Of a stretch of 64,000 nt of DNA, positions 19,438 to 29,962 are shown piece after piece (the stretch's first letter is position 1; each line of letters opens with the position of its first letter). The position numbers and the translations under genes are program-made. Below the pieces are notes generated by a model. It was not told where the DNA came from. It saw only the letters and a program-made list of their open reading frames with translations, and ran no database searches. The DNA comes from an uncultured Acidobacteriota bacterium (GTDB lineage: Bacteria > Acidobacteriota > Thermoanaerobaculia > Multivoradales > UBA5704): positions 3,232,001-3,296,000 of the forward strand of contig OY969474.1 of assembly GCA_963700145.1 (NCBI GenBank), written 5' to 3'.

Positions 19438-21486
19438 CTACTTGCCTAGCAGCTTCTTGACGCGCGCCGCGACGACTTCCGGGGTGAAGCCGAGGTCCTT
19501 CGCCAGATCCTTGTAGGGGGCGGAGGCGCCGAAGCGCTCTAGGCCGTGGACCTCGCCCTCCTCGCCGACCCAGCGGTGCCAGCCGTCCGGGGCGGCGGCT
19601 TCGACGGCCAGGCGCTTGCGCACGGCCGGGGGCAGGACCGCGTCGCGGTACTCCTGGTCCTCGGCTTCGAAGAGCTCCCAGCAGGGCATGCTGACGACGC
19701 GCGTCCACACCCCCTCGGCCGCCAGGGCCTTGTGCGCGGCGAGCGCCACGGAGACCTCGGAGCCGGTGGCGAGGAGCAGCGCCTCCGGGTCGCCTTCGGC
19801 CGGGTCGGCGAGGACGTAGGCGCCGCGCCCCACCCCCGCCGCGGCGCGCTCGCGCGTCTCGGCGAGGACCGGCAGGTTCTGCCGCGTCAGCGCCAGCGCT
19901 GTCGGCGCGTGCCGGCGCTCGATCGCCACCCGCCAGGCCTGCGCCGTCTCGTTGGCGTCGGCCGGGCGGATCACCGCCAGGCGCGGCACTGCGCGCAGCG
20001 CCGCGAGCTGCTCGATCGGCTGGTGCGTCGGGCCGTCCTCGCCGAGAAAGATCGAGTCGTGGGTGAAGACGTAGACCGCCTGCACGCCCATCAGCGCCGC
20101 CAGGCGGATCGGCGGCCGCATGTAGTCCGAGAAGATCAGGAAGGTGCCGCCGTAGGGCACGAAGGCGCGCGAGAGGGCGATGCCGTTCAAGATCGAGCCC
20201 ATGGCGTGCTCGCGCACGCCGAAGCGGAGGTAGCGGCCGTTGCGCTCCGTCGCCGAGAAGTCGGCCGAGCCCTTGATCCTCGTGTTGTTCGAGGGCGTCA
20301 GGTCCGCCGAGCCGCCGACGAGGTGCGGCAGCGCCGGCGCCAGCGCCTCGAGCACCTTGCCCGAGGCGGCGCGGGTCGCCATCCCCTTCTCGTCCGGCTC
20401 GAAGACGGGCAACGCCTCCTGCCAGCCTTGCGGCAGCTCGCCGGCGAGCCGCGCCCGCAGCTCCCGCCCCTCCTCCGGGTGTGCCGCCGCGTAGCGCGCC
20501 ACCAGCTCCTCCCACTCGGCCTGCAGCCGCCGCCCGCGCTCGCGCGCCTCCTCGAACGGCGCGCGCCCCCCCTCCGGCACGTGGAAGAGCGGCTCGAGCG
20601 GCCAGCCGAGCGCCCGCTTCGTCGCCTCCGCCTCCTCTTTCCCGAGCGGCGAGCCGTGGACATCGGCGGTGCCCGCCTTGTGCGGGCTGCCGTAACCGAT
20701 CACCGTGCGCACGACGACGAGCGACGGCCGCTCGCTTTCCGCCTCCGCGCCGCGGATCGCCGCCTCCAGCGCCGCGAGGTCGTTGCCGTCGTCCACGCGC
20801 TGGACGTGCCAGCCGTAGGCGGCGAAGCGCGCGCCGACGTCCTCGGAGAAAGCGAGTGACGTCGGCCCGTCGATCGAGACGTCGTTGTCGTCGTAGAAGA
20901 CGGTCAGCTTGCCGAGCTTGAGGTGGCCGGCGAGCGAGCAGGCCTCGGAGGCGACGCCCTCCATCATGTCGCCGTCGCTGGCGAAAACCCAGGTGCGGTA
21001 GTCGACGACCGGGAAGCCGTCGCGGTTGAAGCGCGCGCCGAGGAGCTGCTCGGCGATCGCCATGCCGACGGCGTTCCCCACCCCCTGGCCGAGCGGGCCG
21101 GTCGTCGTCTCGACGCCGCGCGTCAGCTCGCGCTCGGGGTGCCCCGGGGTCTTCGAGCCGAGCTGGCGGAAGCGCTTCAGCTCCTCGATCGGCAGGCCGT
21201 ACCCCGCGAGGTGGAGCAGCGCGTAGAGCAGCGCCGAGGCGTGGCCGCAGGAGAGGACGAAGCGGTCGCGGTTCGGCCAGTCGGGGTCGTCGGGATGGTG
21301 GCGGAGGTGGCGGGTCCAGAGGAGGTAGGCGAGCGGCGCCTGCCCGAGCGGCGCACCGGGGTGCCCGGAGGCCGCCGCCTCGACCATGTCCACCGCCAGG
21401 AAGCGGATGGTGTCGATCGCCAGGCGGTCGGCGTCGGTCGTCGCGGTCTCGCTCGTCGCGGCGCGCGTCTCCAGGTCCGTCGTCAC
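19438..21486 (-). CDS. tkt: Transketolase
   Basis: [53 protein letters not shown]. Confidence 0.97.
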   Translation of the reverse strand: MTTDLETRAATSETATTDADRLAIDTIRFLAVDMVEAAASGHPGAPLGQAPLAYLLWTRHLRHHPDDPDWPNRDRFVLSCGHASALLYALLHLAGYGLPIEELKRFRQLGSKTPGHPERELTRGVETTTGPLGQGVGNAVGMAIAEQLLGARFNRDGFPVVDYRTWVFASDGDMMEGVASEACSLAGHLKLGKLTVFYDDNDVSIDGPTSLAFSEDVGARFAAYGWHVQRVDDGNDLAALEAAIRGAEAESERPSLVVVRTVIGYGSPHKAGTADVHGSPLGKEEAEATKRALGWPLEPLFHVPEGGRAPFEEARERGRRLQAEWEELVARYAAAHPEEGRELRARLAGELPQGWQEALPVFEPDEKGMATRAASGKVLEALAPALPHLVGGSADLTPSNNTRIKGSADFSATERNGRYLRFGVREHAMGSILNGIALSRAFVPYGGTFLIFSDYMRPPIRLAALMGVQAVYVFTHDSIFLGEDGPTHQPIEQLAALRAVPRLAVIRPADANETAQAWRVAIERRHAPTALALTRQNLPVLAETRERAAAGVGRGAYVLADPAEGDPEALLLATGSEVSVALAAHKALAAEGVWTRVVSMPCWELFEAEDQEYRDAVLPPAVRKRLAVEAAAPDGWHRWVGEEGEVHGLERFGASAPYKDLAKDLGFTPEVVAARVKKLLGK

Positions 21487-21515
21487 GGGGGCATACTCTA
21501 CCCCGCGGTGCTGTT

Positions 21516-21544
21516 TTGACTGCCCGGCGGGCGGCCCCTACAAT
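21516..21544 (+). promoter_or_regulatory. Sigma70 promoter of tRNA-Ser
   Basis: TTGACT-17 nt-TACAAT, 21 nt upstream of the tRNA. Confidence 0.8.
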
Positions 21545-21565
21545 GGTCCGCTCGGTCGAGAGCCC

Positions 21566-21660
<95 letters not shown>

Positions 21661-21707
21661 CGACGACCCGGCCGGCGGCCTCCGCCGGCCGCCGCGGCAC
21701 CCCGACA

Positions 21708-23066
21708 ATGAAAGCGACCAATCCGGCCACCGGCGAGACCCTCGCCGACTACCCCGACACCTCGCCCGAGGAGGTCGGCCGCCTGCTCGCGCGCGCCGAG
21801 GAGGCCTTCGCCGCCTGGCGGCGCGAGCCCTTCGCCGAGCGCGCCCGCCGCATGCACCGGCTGGCGGAGCTGCTCGGCGAGCGCCGCGCCGAGTCCGCCA
21901 AGCTCATCACCGAGGAGATGGGCAAGCCCATCGCCGCCGCCGAGGCTGAGATCGACAAGTGCGCCCTCGGCTGCACCTTCTACGCCGAGCACGCCGAGGC
22001 CTTCCTCGCCCCCGAAGAGGTGGCGACCGAGGCCTCGCGGAGCCTGGTGCGCTGCGACCCGCTCGGGCCGCTGCTCGCGGTGATGCCCTGGAACTTCCCC
22101 TTCTGGCAGGTCTTCCGCTTCGCCGTCCCGGCGGTCATGGCCGGCAACGTCGCGGTCTTGAAGCACGCCGGCAACGTCCCGGGGTCGGCGCTGGCGATCG
22201 AGGCGCTCTTCCGCGAGGCCGGCTTCCCGGAGGGGGTGTTCACGACCCTCCTGGTCTCCTCCGATCGGGTGGCCGAGGTGATCCGCCACCCGGCGATCAA
22301 GGGCGTGAGCCTGACCGGCAGCGACCGCGCCGGCATGGCGGTGGCCTCCGCGGCCGGCGGCGCGCTCAAGAAGACGGTGCTCGAGCTCGGCGGCTCGGAC
22401 CCCTTCCTGGTCCTCGCCGACGCCGATCCGGTGGCGGCGGCGGGCGAGGCGGCGAAGGCGCGCGCCCTCAACTCCGGCCAGAGCTGCATCTGCGCCAAGC
22501 GCTTCCTGGTCGAGGAGCCGGTGGCCGACGCCTTCGAGGCGGAGCTGGTGCGGCGGATGGACGCGCTGGTCGTCGGCGATCCGCTCGACCGCGCGACCGA
22601 GGTCGGCCCGCTCGCCCGCGAGGACCTGCTGCGCGACCTCCACGACCAGGTGCAGCGCACCGTCGCGGCCGGCGCCGTCCTGCGCACCGGCGGCCGGCGC
22701 CTGCCGGGGCCGGGCACCTACTACGCCCCGACCGTGCTCGCCGGCGTCCTGCCCGGGATGGCCGCCTTCGAGGAGGAGACCTTCGGGCCGGTGGCGGCGG
22801 TGACACGGGTGCGCGACGCCGAGGAGGGCGTCGAGCTGGCGAACCGCTCGCGCTACGGCCTCGGCGCTTCGATCTGGACCGGCGACCCGGCGCGCGGCGA
22901 GGAGCTGGCGGCGCGCATCGACGCCGGCTCGGTCTTCGTCAACGGCATCGTCAAGAGCGACCCGCGGCTGCCTTTCGGCGGCGTCAAGGCCTCCGGCTAC
23001 GGCCGCGAGCTGGCGCGCGAGGGGATCCGCGAGTTCGTCAACCTCAAGACCGTGTGGGTGAAATGA
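21708..23066 (+). CDS. NAD(P)-dependent succinate-semialdehyde dehydrogenase (Sad/GabD-like ALDH)
   Basis: MPWNFPFWQ, LKHA, LTGS, ELGGSD, GQSCIC, EETFGP, PFGGVKASG. Confidence 0.9.
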   Translation: MKATNPATGETLADYPDTSPEEVGRLLARAEEAFAAWRREPFAERARRMHRLAELLGERRAESAKLITEEMGKPIAAAEAEIDKCALGCTFYAEHAEAFLAPEEVATEASRSLVRCDPLGPLLAVMPWNFPFWQVFRFAVPAVMAGNVAVLKHAGNVPGSALAIEALFREAGFPEGVFTTLLVSSDRVAEVIRHPAIKGVSLTGSDRAGMAVASAAGGALKKTVLELGGSDPFLVLADADPVAAAGEAAKARALNSGQSCICAKRFLVEEPVADAFEAELVRRMDALVVGDPLDRATEVGPLAREDLLRDLHDQVQRTVAAGAVLRTGGRRLPGPGTYYAPTVLAGVLPGMAAFEEETFGPVAAVTRVRDAEEGVELANRSRYGLGASIWTGDPARGEELAARIDAGSVFVNGIVKSDPRLPFGGVKASGYGRELAREGIREFVNLKTVWVK

Positions 23067-24526
23067 CCGAGATCACCGGCCCGGTGCGGGTCCGCTTCGC
23101 TCCCTCGCCGACGGGGTTCCTGCACGTCGGCGGCGCGCGCACCGCGATCTACAACGACCTGCTGCGGCAGAGCGCCGGCGGCGCCTTCGTGCTGCGCATC
23201 GAGGACACCGACCGCGAGCGCTCCGACGAGGCGATGACCCACCAGATCCAGAGCGCGCTCGCCTGGATCGGCGTCGAGTGGGACGAGGGGCCGTACCTCC
23301 AAAGCGAGCGGCTGGGCCGCCACCGCGAGCGCGCCGAGGAGCTCCTGGCCGCCGGCGGCGCCTACCGCTGCTTCTGCGCGCCCGAGGAGCTGGACCGCCT
23401 GCGCCAGGAGGCGCAGAAGCGCGGCGACGCCTTCCGCTACCCGCGCACCTGCCTCAAGCTCTCCGACGACGAGGTGCGCGAGCGGCTGGCGCGCGGCGAG
23501 CCCTTCGCCGTCCGCTGCCGCATGCCGGACGAGCCCATCCGCTTCCACGACCTGGTGCGCGGCGACATGGACTTCCCGCCCGAGGCGCTCGACGACTTCG
23601 TCCTGCTGCGCTCGGACGGCACGCCGACCTACCACATGTCGGTCGTCGTCGACGACATCGACATGGCGATCACCCACGTCATCCGCGGCGAGGACCACCT
23701 CTCGAACACGCCGAAGCACATCGCGCTCTTCCGCGCCTTCGGCGCCGCGGTCCCGACCTTCGGCCACCTGCCGCTGATCCTCGGGCCGGACAAGAAGCGG
23801 CTGTCGAAGCGGATCGGCTCGACCGCCGTCGAGGAGTTCCGCGCCGAGGGCATCCTGCCGCAGGCGCTCTACAACTTCCTCGCCCTGCTCGGCTGGAACC
23901 CCGGCGACGAGCGCGAGGTCCTGTCGCGGCGCGAGCTGATCGAGCTCTTCACCGTCGACCGCCTCAACGCCTCGGCGGCCGTCTTCGACCGCGACAAGCT
24001 GCTGTGGATGAACGCGCAGTACCTCTCGAACCTGCCGCTCGGGGAGATCCGGCCGCACCTCGAGCCGTTCCTGGCCGAGGTGGGGTTGGGCGGCGGCGTG
24101 ATGGACGAAGCGCGGCTCGCCGCGGCGCTCGAGCTGCACAGGACGCGGGCGCGGACGCTAAGGGACTTGGCGCAGGCGGTCGTGCCGTACTTCGCGCCCG
24201 CGCTCGACTACGACCCGGCGCTCTGCGGGAAGTACGTCGAGGATCCGGCGGTGGCCGAAGGGCTCGCCGCATTGCGCGAGAAGTTGCTGGCCTTGCCAGA
24301 ATGGGAGAAGGGCGCCATCGAGGCGGAGCTGCGCGCCGTCGCGGAGGCGCGCGGCGTCAAGGCCGGGGCGCTCATCCACCCCACCCGCATGGCCCTCTCC
24401 GGCGCCAGCGCCGGACCGCCGCTCTTCGACCTCCTCGAAGTCATGGGCCAAGAGGCCACCGCGCGCCACCTGGAGCGCTTCGCGGCGTGCCTGCGAGAGG
24501 AATTCCGCCCGGCACCGACCGGTTGA
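23063..24526 (+). CDS. gltX: Glutamate--tRNA ligase
   Basis: RFAPSPTG, HVGG, LRIEDTD, IRGEDH, RLSKR; ATG overlaps the previous stop. Confidence 0.97.
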   Translation: MTEITGPVRVRFAPSPTGFLHVGGARTAIYNDLLRQSAGGAFVLRIEDTDRERSDEAMTHQIQSALAWIGVEWDEGPYLQSERLGRHRERAEELLAAGGAYRCFCAPEELDRLRQEAQKRGDAFRYPRTCLKLSDDEVRERLARGEPFAVRCRMPDEPIRFHDLVRGDMDFPPEALDDFVLLRSDGTPTYHMSVVVDDIDMAITHVIRGEDHLSNTPKHIALFRAFGAAVPTFGHLPLILGPDKKRLSKRIGSTAVEEFRAEGILPQALYNFLALLGWNPGDEREVLSRRELIELFTVDRLNASAAVFDRDKLLWMNAQYLSNLPLGEIRPHLEPFLAEVGLGGGVMDEARLAAALELHRTRARTLRDLAQAVVPYFAPALDYDPALCGKYVEDPAVAEGLAALREKLLALPEWEKGAIEAELRAVAEARGVKAGALIHPTRMALSGASAGPPLFDLLEVMGQEATARHLERFAACLREEFRPAPTG

Positions 24527-24572
24527 GCGGGTTGACCCAAAACGCCCCGTTCGGCTAGCGTCCGCAAGGCCT

Positions 24573-24646
24573 TGGGAGGTCGTTCAACGGTAGGACACGT
24601 GGCTCTGGACCACGGTATCGGGGTTCGAATCCCTGCCTCCCAGCCA
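24573..24646 (+). tRNA. tRNA-Gln (CTG)
   Basis: TGGGAGG...CTCTGGA anticodon loop, GGTTCGAATCC, CCA. Promoter-like TTGACC-18 nt-TAGCGT at 24532-24561. Confidence 0.96.
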
Positions 24647-24701
24647 ACGCCGGTTTCGTCGTAACCCCCTCAAGACAAAGCTGCTGCTAGACTGCCGCTC
24701 G

Positions 24702-24986
24702 ATGAGCGGCATCCTGCGGAAGTACCGAGCGGAGATCCTCGACCTGGCGAAGCGCCACGGGGCGGGGAACGTGCGTGTCTTCGGTTCCCTTGCGCACGGC
24801 GAGGGTGGCGAGACCAGCGACCTCGACCTGCTCGTGACGCTCGCGGAAGGACGCTCGCTGCTCGATCTCGTGGGGCTCAAACAGGACTTAGAAGACCTCG
24901 TCCATCGCCGGGTGGACGTTGTCACGGAGCGGGCACTCTCTCCCTACCTGCGAGAGCGTGTTCTCTCAGAAGCGCTCCCGCTGTGA
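24702..24986 (+). CDS. Minimal nucleotidyltransferase (MNT) antitoxin
   Basis: VFGSLAHG...SDLDLLV...VDVV. Confidence 0.92.
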   Translation: MSGILRKYRAEILDLAKRHGAGNVRVFGSLAHGEGGETSDLDLLVTLAEGRSLLDLVGLKQDLEDLVHRRVDVVTERALSPYLRERVLSEALPL

Positions 24987-25315
24987 GCCGGGATGATCTC
25001 TACCTGCAGCACGTCTTAGATGCCATCGCGAAGATCGAGCGGTATGTAGAGGTCGGCCACGATGAATTCATGGCCGCTTCCCATTGGCAGGACGCGGTAG
25101 TCCGCCAGCTCGAGATCATCGGCGAAGCGATCAAACGCCTTCCATCCGCGCTGACACAGCAGAGACCTGAGATCCCTTGGCGTCGCATCGCCGGCATGCG
25201 AGACGTCCTAATCCACGATTACATGGGCGTGGACCTCGAAGCCGTCTGGCAGGTCACGCAGCACGATCTACCCAAGCTGCGCGACGCTATCGAGGAACTC
25301 CAGGGCAGGAGATAG
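24983..25315 (+). CDS. HEPN/DUF86 (HepT-like) RNase toxin
   Basis: LEIIGEA, IPW..IAGMRDVLIHDY (R-x4-H-x-Y). Confidence 0.92.
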   Translation: MSRDDLYLQHVLDAIAKIERYVEVGHDEFMAASHWQDAVVRQLEIIGEAIKRLPSALTQQRPEIPWRRIAGMRDVLIHDYMGVDLEAVWQVTQHDLPKLRDAIEELQGRR

Positions 25316-25421
25316 CGTTCTTGCTCGAGCTTCCCCTTCGCGCCAACGGGGTGGCCCACGCGCGTGAAGACGTCGCTTTCGATAGTCCGCTCTCCGCCAG
25401 CAAGAAAAGTCGCCGAGGTGA

Positions 25422-27296
25422 TTAACCGAGATCCTTCGTCGGTATAAGTCGGTCTACCTCAGAAAACTCAACCCTAACGTACTGCTCTACTCTCTTTGGC
25501 ACTTCGTTGGCAGCCACCAACACTTGGATCTCCTCGCCGAGTTCAGCGGATAGATTGATCAGCGCAGTCCAGATATCTTCGATCCGGGCCGCGTCGTATC
25601 CCACTGTCCCGATGTTCTTGGCGATTCCGTCGATCATGATTAGTCCTGGAAGGGGTAAGCCAAGTTCAAGCGCTGCGCGATGGTGGGCGAGAAGGTGAGC
25701 TATGTTGACCAGCACACGAACACCCGCGCTGAGCTGAGCGAATTTCTGTCCGTTCACTATTGGCTCGTAGCTGTTGCGGTCAATTGCGGCGCGCACTGCG
25801 CTGCCGAAGCTTGGAATTTCAAGTGCCTCAACGTATCGAGCAAACCAGCTCTCTAGGTGCTCGATCCTGCTCACAGTCACAGCCTCAAGCTGCTCGGCTC
25901 GCTCCAAAGCTGCTTCGAGTTCTGCCCTTTGCTGCATGAGCTCCGAAATTCGCGAGAGCACGCTGTCAAGTCGCTGGAACACGCCAACGTAGTCTTCCAG
26001 GCGCCGTATGCGCTCGCCGAGCACTGCCTGATCACGCGCAAGCCTCTCGATAAGTTCCGCCTGATCTGATATAAAGTGAGCCACCTCGTGATCCAAGGCG
26101 GATCCGAGCTTTTTCCGTTCCGACTCAAGCGCCTCAACCGTCTGTTCAAGCTCTCGACCACGTTGTTCGTGCGCGTCGATGAGCTCCTCCGTCTCCGCAA
26201 TCTGTGCGTTCAGGCGATCTTGTTCGCGAACGAGTTCCTTGCGTGTCAGTGCGGGCGGCTCCGGCTGGAGACAAAGGTAGCAGTGACCCTCCTCTGCTCG
26301 ACCCCCGACGAGCTTGGACCCGCAACGCGGACAGACCACAAACTCGAAGTCGAAGAAGCGCTCGCCGGCAACAATGGCTTTGGTAAGGCGTATCGAGTGT
26401 GCCTGTAAGTCGTTCGCAAGCTCGCCCAGCTGGACGGCGCTGCGACGCTCGTGTTGGAGTTCTGCTGCCGCGTCGCCCATTCGCTGTTCCAGAGCTGCGA
26501 TCTCCGTCCGCAACTGGAGCGCCTCTGGTGTTGTCTGCTCCGGAGCGACGAGCTGTGCTCGCTCGTATGCGAGTGCAGCCTCTCGCTCACGCGCTTCGCC
26601 AAGCTGGCGTTGGATCGCGGCGCGATTTGCGAGAGCAGTTCCCTCAAGGAACCTCTCGAACGCCGCCTGTCCCCCCTCGAGCTGGCTTAGCTCGGATTGT
26701 ACGGCCCGAAGCTGATCCTGAAGGCGAGCGACTTCGAGATCGTAGCCTCCATACAGAATTCGGAAGACGTAGCGCCGTTTGATGTCACGAAACGGCTGCG
26801 ACGAGCCAAGGACATCGACATCGATCTCGTCTTGACGCAGCCGGCAGTAGCGGAGGTAATCATTGATGCTTACAGGAATGAAGGCCGACTCCGCCGGCCG
26901 CGTCGGAGCTTGTGGCACCCGGAGGACAGGAAGGTTGAGCTGCTCGAGTAGCCAAACGCCATAGGTGACACGTGCGCCGGCATCAAGCCGCATTGCCGGA
27001 AGCCGCTCGGCGACTTGGTCACCAGCGATTTGCACGCGCGCCGTGTCGCTCTGAACCAGGGGGCGGATCACTGAGTATGCGCGGTGATCGATCGTTAACT
27101 CACCTGCGAGTTCGCTGACCGAGCGATCCACTTCTGGGCTGATGCCGCGATAACTCCCGCCGAGGAGTACTTCAAACAGCTTCATCAACGACGTCTTCCC
27201 CGTCGAGATCGGCCCGAGAATCACGTTCAGACCTGTCTGAAAGCGAATCGCACGTGAGGTCCCGACGAGAGCGAGCGAATCTACTCGGAGGATCAT
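25422..27296 (-). CDS. SMC/Rad50-like ABC ATPase (Lamassu LmuB / ABC-3C ATPase)
   Basis: ATG 27296; Walker A GPISTGKTS; coiled coils around CPRC...CYLC (Zn hook); signature LSAG; Walker B LIMIDG. Confidence 0.85.
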   Translation of the reverse strand: MILRVDSLALVGTSRAIRFQTGLNVILGPISTGKTSLMKLFEVLLGGSYRGISPEVDRSVSELAGELTIDHRAYSVIRPLVQSDTARVQIAGDQVAERLPAMRLDAGARVTYGVWLLEQLNLPVLRVPQAPTRPAESAFIPVSINDYLRYCRLRQDEIDVDVLGSSQPFRDIKRRYVFRILYGGYDLEVARLQDQLRAVQSELSQLEGGQAAFERFLEGTALANRAAIQRQLGEAREREAALAYERAQLVAPEQTTPEALQLRTEIAALEQRMGDAAAELQHERRSAVQLGELANDLQAHSIRLTKAIVAGERFFDFEFVVCPRCGSKLVGGRAEEGHCYLCLQPEPPALTRKELVREQDRLNAQIAETEELIDAHEQRGRELEQTVEALESERKKLGSALDHEVAHFISDQAELIERLARDQAVLGERIRRLEDYVGVFQRLDSVLSRISELMQQRAELEAALERAEQLEAVTVSRIEHLESWFARYVEALEIPSFGSAVRAAIDRNSYEPIVNGQKFAQLSAGVRVLVNIAHLLAHHRAALELGLPLPGLIMIDGIAKNIGTVGYDAARIEDIWTALINLSAELGEEIQVLVAANEVPKRVEQYVRVEFSEVDRLIPTKDLG

Positions 27297-27835
27297 AGTG
27301 CCTCGCCCCAACTCGCTTGTGTTACCTCGGGAAAGTGTTGGTAGATAAAGTTCTTGAGAAACGTGCCGCCCTGCTGCGGGAAAGCGCGCTTCAGCAGGCG
27401 CGCCCGCTCGGCGGCCTGAGCCCAAGCCTCAGTCGTGGAGAGCTGCTTCGCTAGGACCCGCCCAACTTCCGTCGCGCGGAATCCAATAAAGCGGGGCTGC
27501 GGAATCGTCTCGATCAAGCCGCGGCCAAGGAGGCTTCCGAGGAGGGCGTAGTAAGCCGGATCCCATGGACCGTATCGGAATCGAACCATCCGCTGCTCGA
27601 TTGTGTTCTCACTTGTGCCCGGTTCGTGTAGATCGATATCGATCTTCCGAATACGCAGAGCTCGACGAAAGAACGAGGGGTACCTAAGAAGAAAATCTAG
27701 TTTGGCGAGCTTTGTACGACCCTGCAATGTCCCCTCACGGCCGGAGAAGGCGTTGATTAGGAGAAGTAGGCGAGCTTCGCCTTCGACAGAAGCAGCGTAG
27801 ACAGCCGGTGACATCGTCAAGCGGGTCTCAGCCAT
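27293..27835 (-). CDS. ABC-three-component middle component (LmuC-like, wHTH-like)
   Basis: 180 aa, KLAKLDFLLRYP...RFRYGPWD...LLGRGLI; overlaps both neighbours. Confidence 0.72.
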   Translation of the reverse strand: MAETRLTMSPAVYAASVEGEARLLLLINAFSGREGTLQGRTKLAKLDFLLRYPSFFRRALRIRKIDIDLHEPGTSENTIEQRMVRFRYGPWDPAYYALLGSLLGRGLIETIPQPRFIGFRATEVGRVLAKQLSTTEAWAQAAERARLLKRAFPQQGGTFLKNFIYQHFPEVTQASWGEAL

Positions 27836-28991
27836 CTGTTCCCCATCGGAACTTGCACTCGTCCGAGTATTCGCAGATCGCCCCCATAAGCAGCAGTGGC
27901 TCCTGGCTGAGAATGCGGCGAGGGTCGTGCTCGATCGGGTGCGTCTCTAACCGCCGTTGGATCGCACGCCAAGTCGTGGGTGCCGGAGGCCTGTCACTTA
28001 CAGTTGCCGCAGTAGCCTCAGCCACCGCGAGTAACCGGAATTCAAGGTCGGCGAGCAAGTCGTCGACGTTGAGGAGACTCGAGGCACGAAACTCGCGCAT
28101 GCGGAGACTGGCTTGTGCTCGGAGTTGCTTCGCATGTTGGATGAGTGCCGCCGGCGCACCCGCGGTCTCCATTTTTTGTTCCAAAGCGGTCGCTCTCAGG
28201 CGATCGGGATCCGTAATGCGAGCAAGTAATGCGCGGTCGCTGCCCTCTAGACGCCCGAGGGTCGGCGAGAGCCGCAGGCGATCAAGGCGCTTGGCCTCTG
28301 CCCGCCGCCTTGCTTCCTCCTCCGCGTTCTCAGGTTCGAGTATTACCTTAGGCCACGCATCGGCGAGCAACTCTGCCCGCATCGCCTGCTCAATCAAGTC
28401 AATTGCCGCCTCGTAGATCGCCTTCAACTCGTTTGCCGATAGGTGCCCCGCGGCGCGACCGAGGTGGCCGAGGTTCCGGTCCTCAATGAGTTCCCGCGGA
28501 GGCTCCCCGGCGTGAACGACCACTCGCGCCAACAGAGCCGTCGCTTCTGCCTCGTTGCAGTCCAGCTTCCGCGCACAGGTCTGCGTCATCTCCTGGTTGG
28601 CTCCACTACCACTACGCGGGAAACAACGAATGTCGTCCTCCCGGTGAGGCGCTCCCTCAAGCCGAATGTCGTAGACGATCCGGCGCCCGTCGTTGAAGTC
28701 GCCGATAGCGCGATGTGTGCGCAGCAAACTCTTTAGTGCGCCACCAGCCTCCAACAAATGCCGGTATCTCCAGGGACCCCGGTCGGCGTTGCGTGTCTTG
28801 ATCTGGACAAAGCGCAGCTCGTCTCGTGATTCGACTAGGATGTCCTCGAAGTGCTCGGGCAGGACAGCGAGCACACCTTGGTTGAAGTAGCATCTCAAGC
28901 AGAAAGGGAATGCGACGTGAGCTTGATATCGGAAGCGGGTGAAAGTGCCCGCACCCGAGTCGTCGGGCGGCTGCATCTCAGAAATCGACAC
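27828..28991 (-). CDS. Cap4/DUF4297-like PD-(D/E)xK dsDNA nuclease effector (LmuA-like)
   Basis: DDSG...RFRYQ, EHFEDILV, FVQIKTR; C-terminal G-x7-C-x3-W end typical of ABC-3C effectors. Confidence 0.8.
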   Translation of the reverse strand: MSISEMQPPDDSGAGTFTRFRYQAHVAFPFCLRCYFNQGVLAVLPEHFEDILVESRDELRFVQIKTRNADRGPWRYRHLLEAGGALKSLLRTHRAIGDFNDGRRIVYDIRLEGAPHREDDIRCFPRSGSGANQEMTQTCARKLDCNEAEATALLARVVVHAGEPPRELIEDRNLGHLGRAAGHLSANELKAIYEAAIDLIEQAMRAELLADAWPKVILEPENAEEEARRRAEAKRLDRLRLSPTLGRLEGSDRALLARITDPDRLRATALEQKMETAGAPAALIQHAKQLRAQASLRMREFRASSLLNVDDLLADLEFRLLAVAEATAATVSDRPPAPTTWRAIQRRLETHPIEHDPRRILSQEPLLLMGAICEYSDECKFRWGTDG

Positions 28992-29315
28992 AGACCTGTA
29001 TCTTAGGCTAGTTACCGAGCATCCGCAGCCCGTCGGGCCGCAGCCTCTCGGGCGTCGCAGGATCCCATGCTACCTACTGCCGGCAACGGGCCGAGGCGAG
29101 GACCTCGTCAGGTCGCATCGACCGGGATGGCTCTCGCCCTAGGTGCGACAACAACCACCTGGGCGGCTGCTGGGTGAAAGCGCAGCGCGGTTTGTTCGTC
29201 TCGACCGATCAGGCCGAGAAGCCGGCCAGATTCCCGTTTGGCCAACCGTGCGGGGGCGAAAATCCGGCGCTTGCCGGCAGGTTCGGTAGGCGCTAAGGTC
29301 ACGTTGGAGACGCTG

Positions 29316-29657
29316 ATGATGACGACCATCTCGCTCAAGGATGCCGAGTCCTGGCTGGCGGAGACGGTGAAGCGTGCCGAGGCGGGGCCCGTGGTGCTGG
29401 AGGACTCGGGTCAGCCTGTGCCAGTCGTGCTCTCGGTCGATGAGTATCGCCGCCTCGCCGTCGTTGAGAACCGAGAACACGAGCGCCTCTCGCAAAAGGC
29501 CTACGATCAGGTCTTCGGTCCCTTCGACCGGGGTGAGCTCCGCGAGCTCACCGACGAGGATTGGCAGGCTCTGATCGATGGGGAGCGCAAGTTCCCGCAC
29601 GACCCCCTGAGCCTCGCCCTGCCGTCCAAGGACCTGGGCGGGCTAAATACCAGCTAG
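29316..29657 (+). CDS. Phd/YefM-family antitoxin-like protein (orphan)
   Basis: MTTISLKDA...AEAGPVVL...GQP..VVLSVDEYRRL; GGAG RBS at about 29306; no toxin follows. Confidence 0.72.
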   Translation: MMTTISLKDAESWLAETVKRAEAGPVVLEDSGQPVPVVLSVDEYRRLAVVENREHERLSQKAYDQVFGPFDRGELRELTDEDWQALIDGERKFPHDPLSLALPSKDLGGLNTS

Positions 29658-29685
29658 TAAAGAGTTTCCAACCCGGAGACCCGTT

Positions 29686-29895
29686 TCCGCAGGCGCCGCG
29701 GGAAATGCCGCGGGCGTTGCGGGGAATCCCGCGGGCGCCGCGGTACACATTTCTCCGGCCGCGGTACACCCCGCAGCCGCCGCGGGAAACTCCGCGGGCG
29801 CTCCGGGAAATGCCGCAGGGCCTGCGGGAAATGGCGCGACGCGCAGGGGAAATGCCGCGGGCGGCGCGGGAAATCCCGCGGCGGCTGCGGACATC
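29686..29895. repeat. Degenerate tandem array, 10 x 21 nt (consensus about NCCGCGGGCGCCGCGGGAAAT)
   Basis: Units can be read off at exact 21-nt spacing; no spacers. Confidence 0.85.
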
Positions 29896-29962
29896 CCTTT
29901 TCGCGCTTCCGCGCCGCCGATCCGCGCGACGCCAGGCACCCGCAAGGCGCTGCGCTGTTCGG

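Noticed and set aside
29040..29300. Possible gene remnant between the nuclease gene and the Phd-like gene
   Set aside because: No family motif recognisable in the frames I read.
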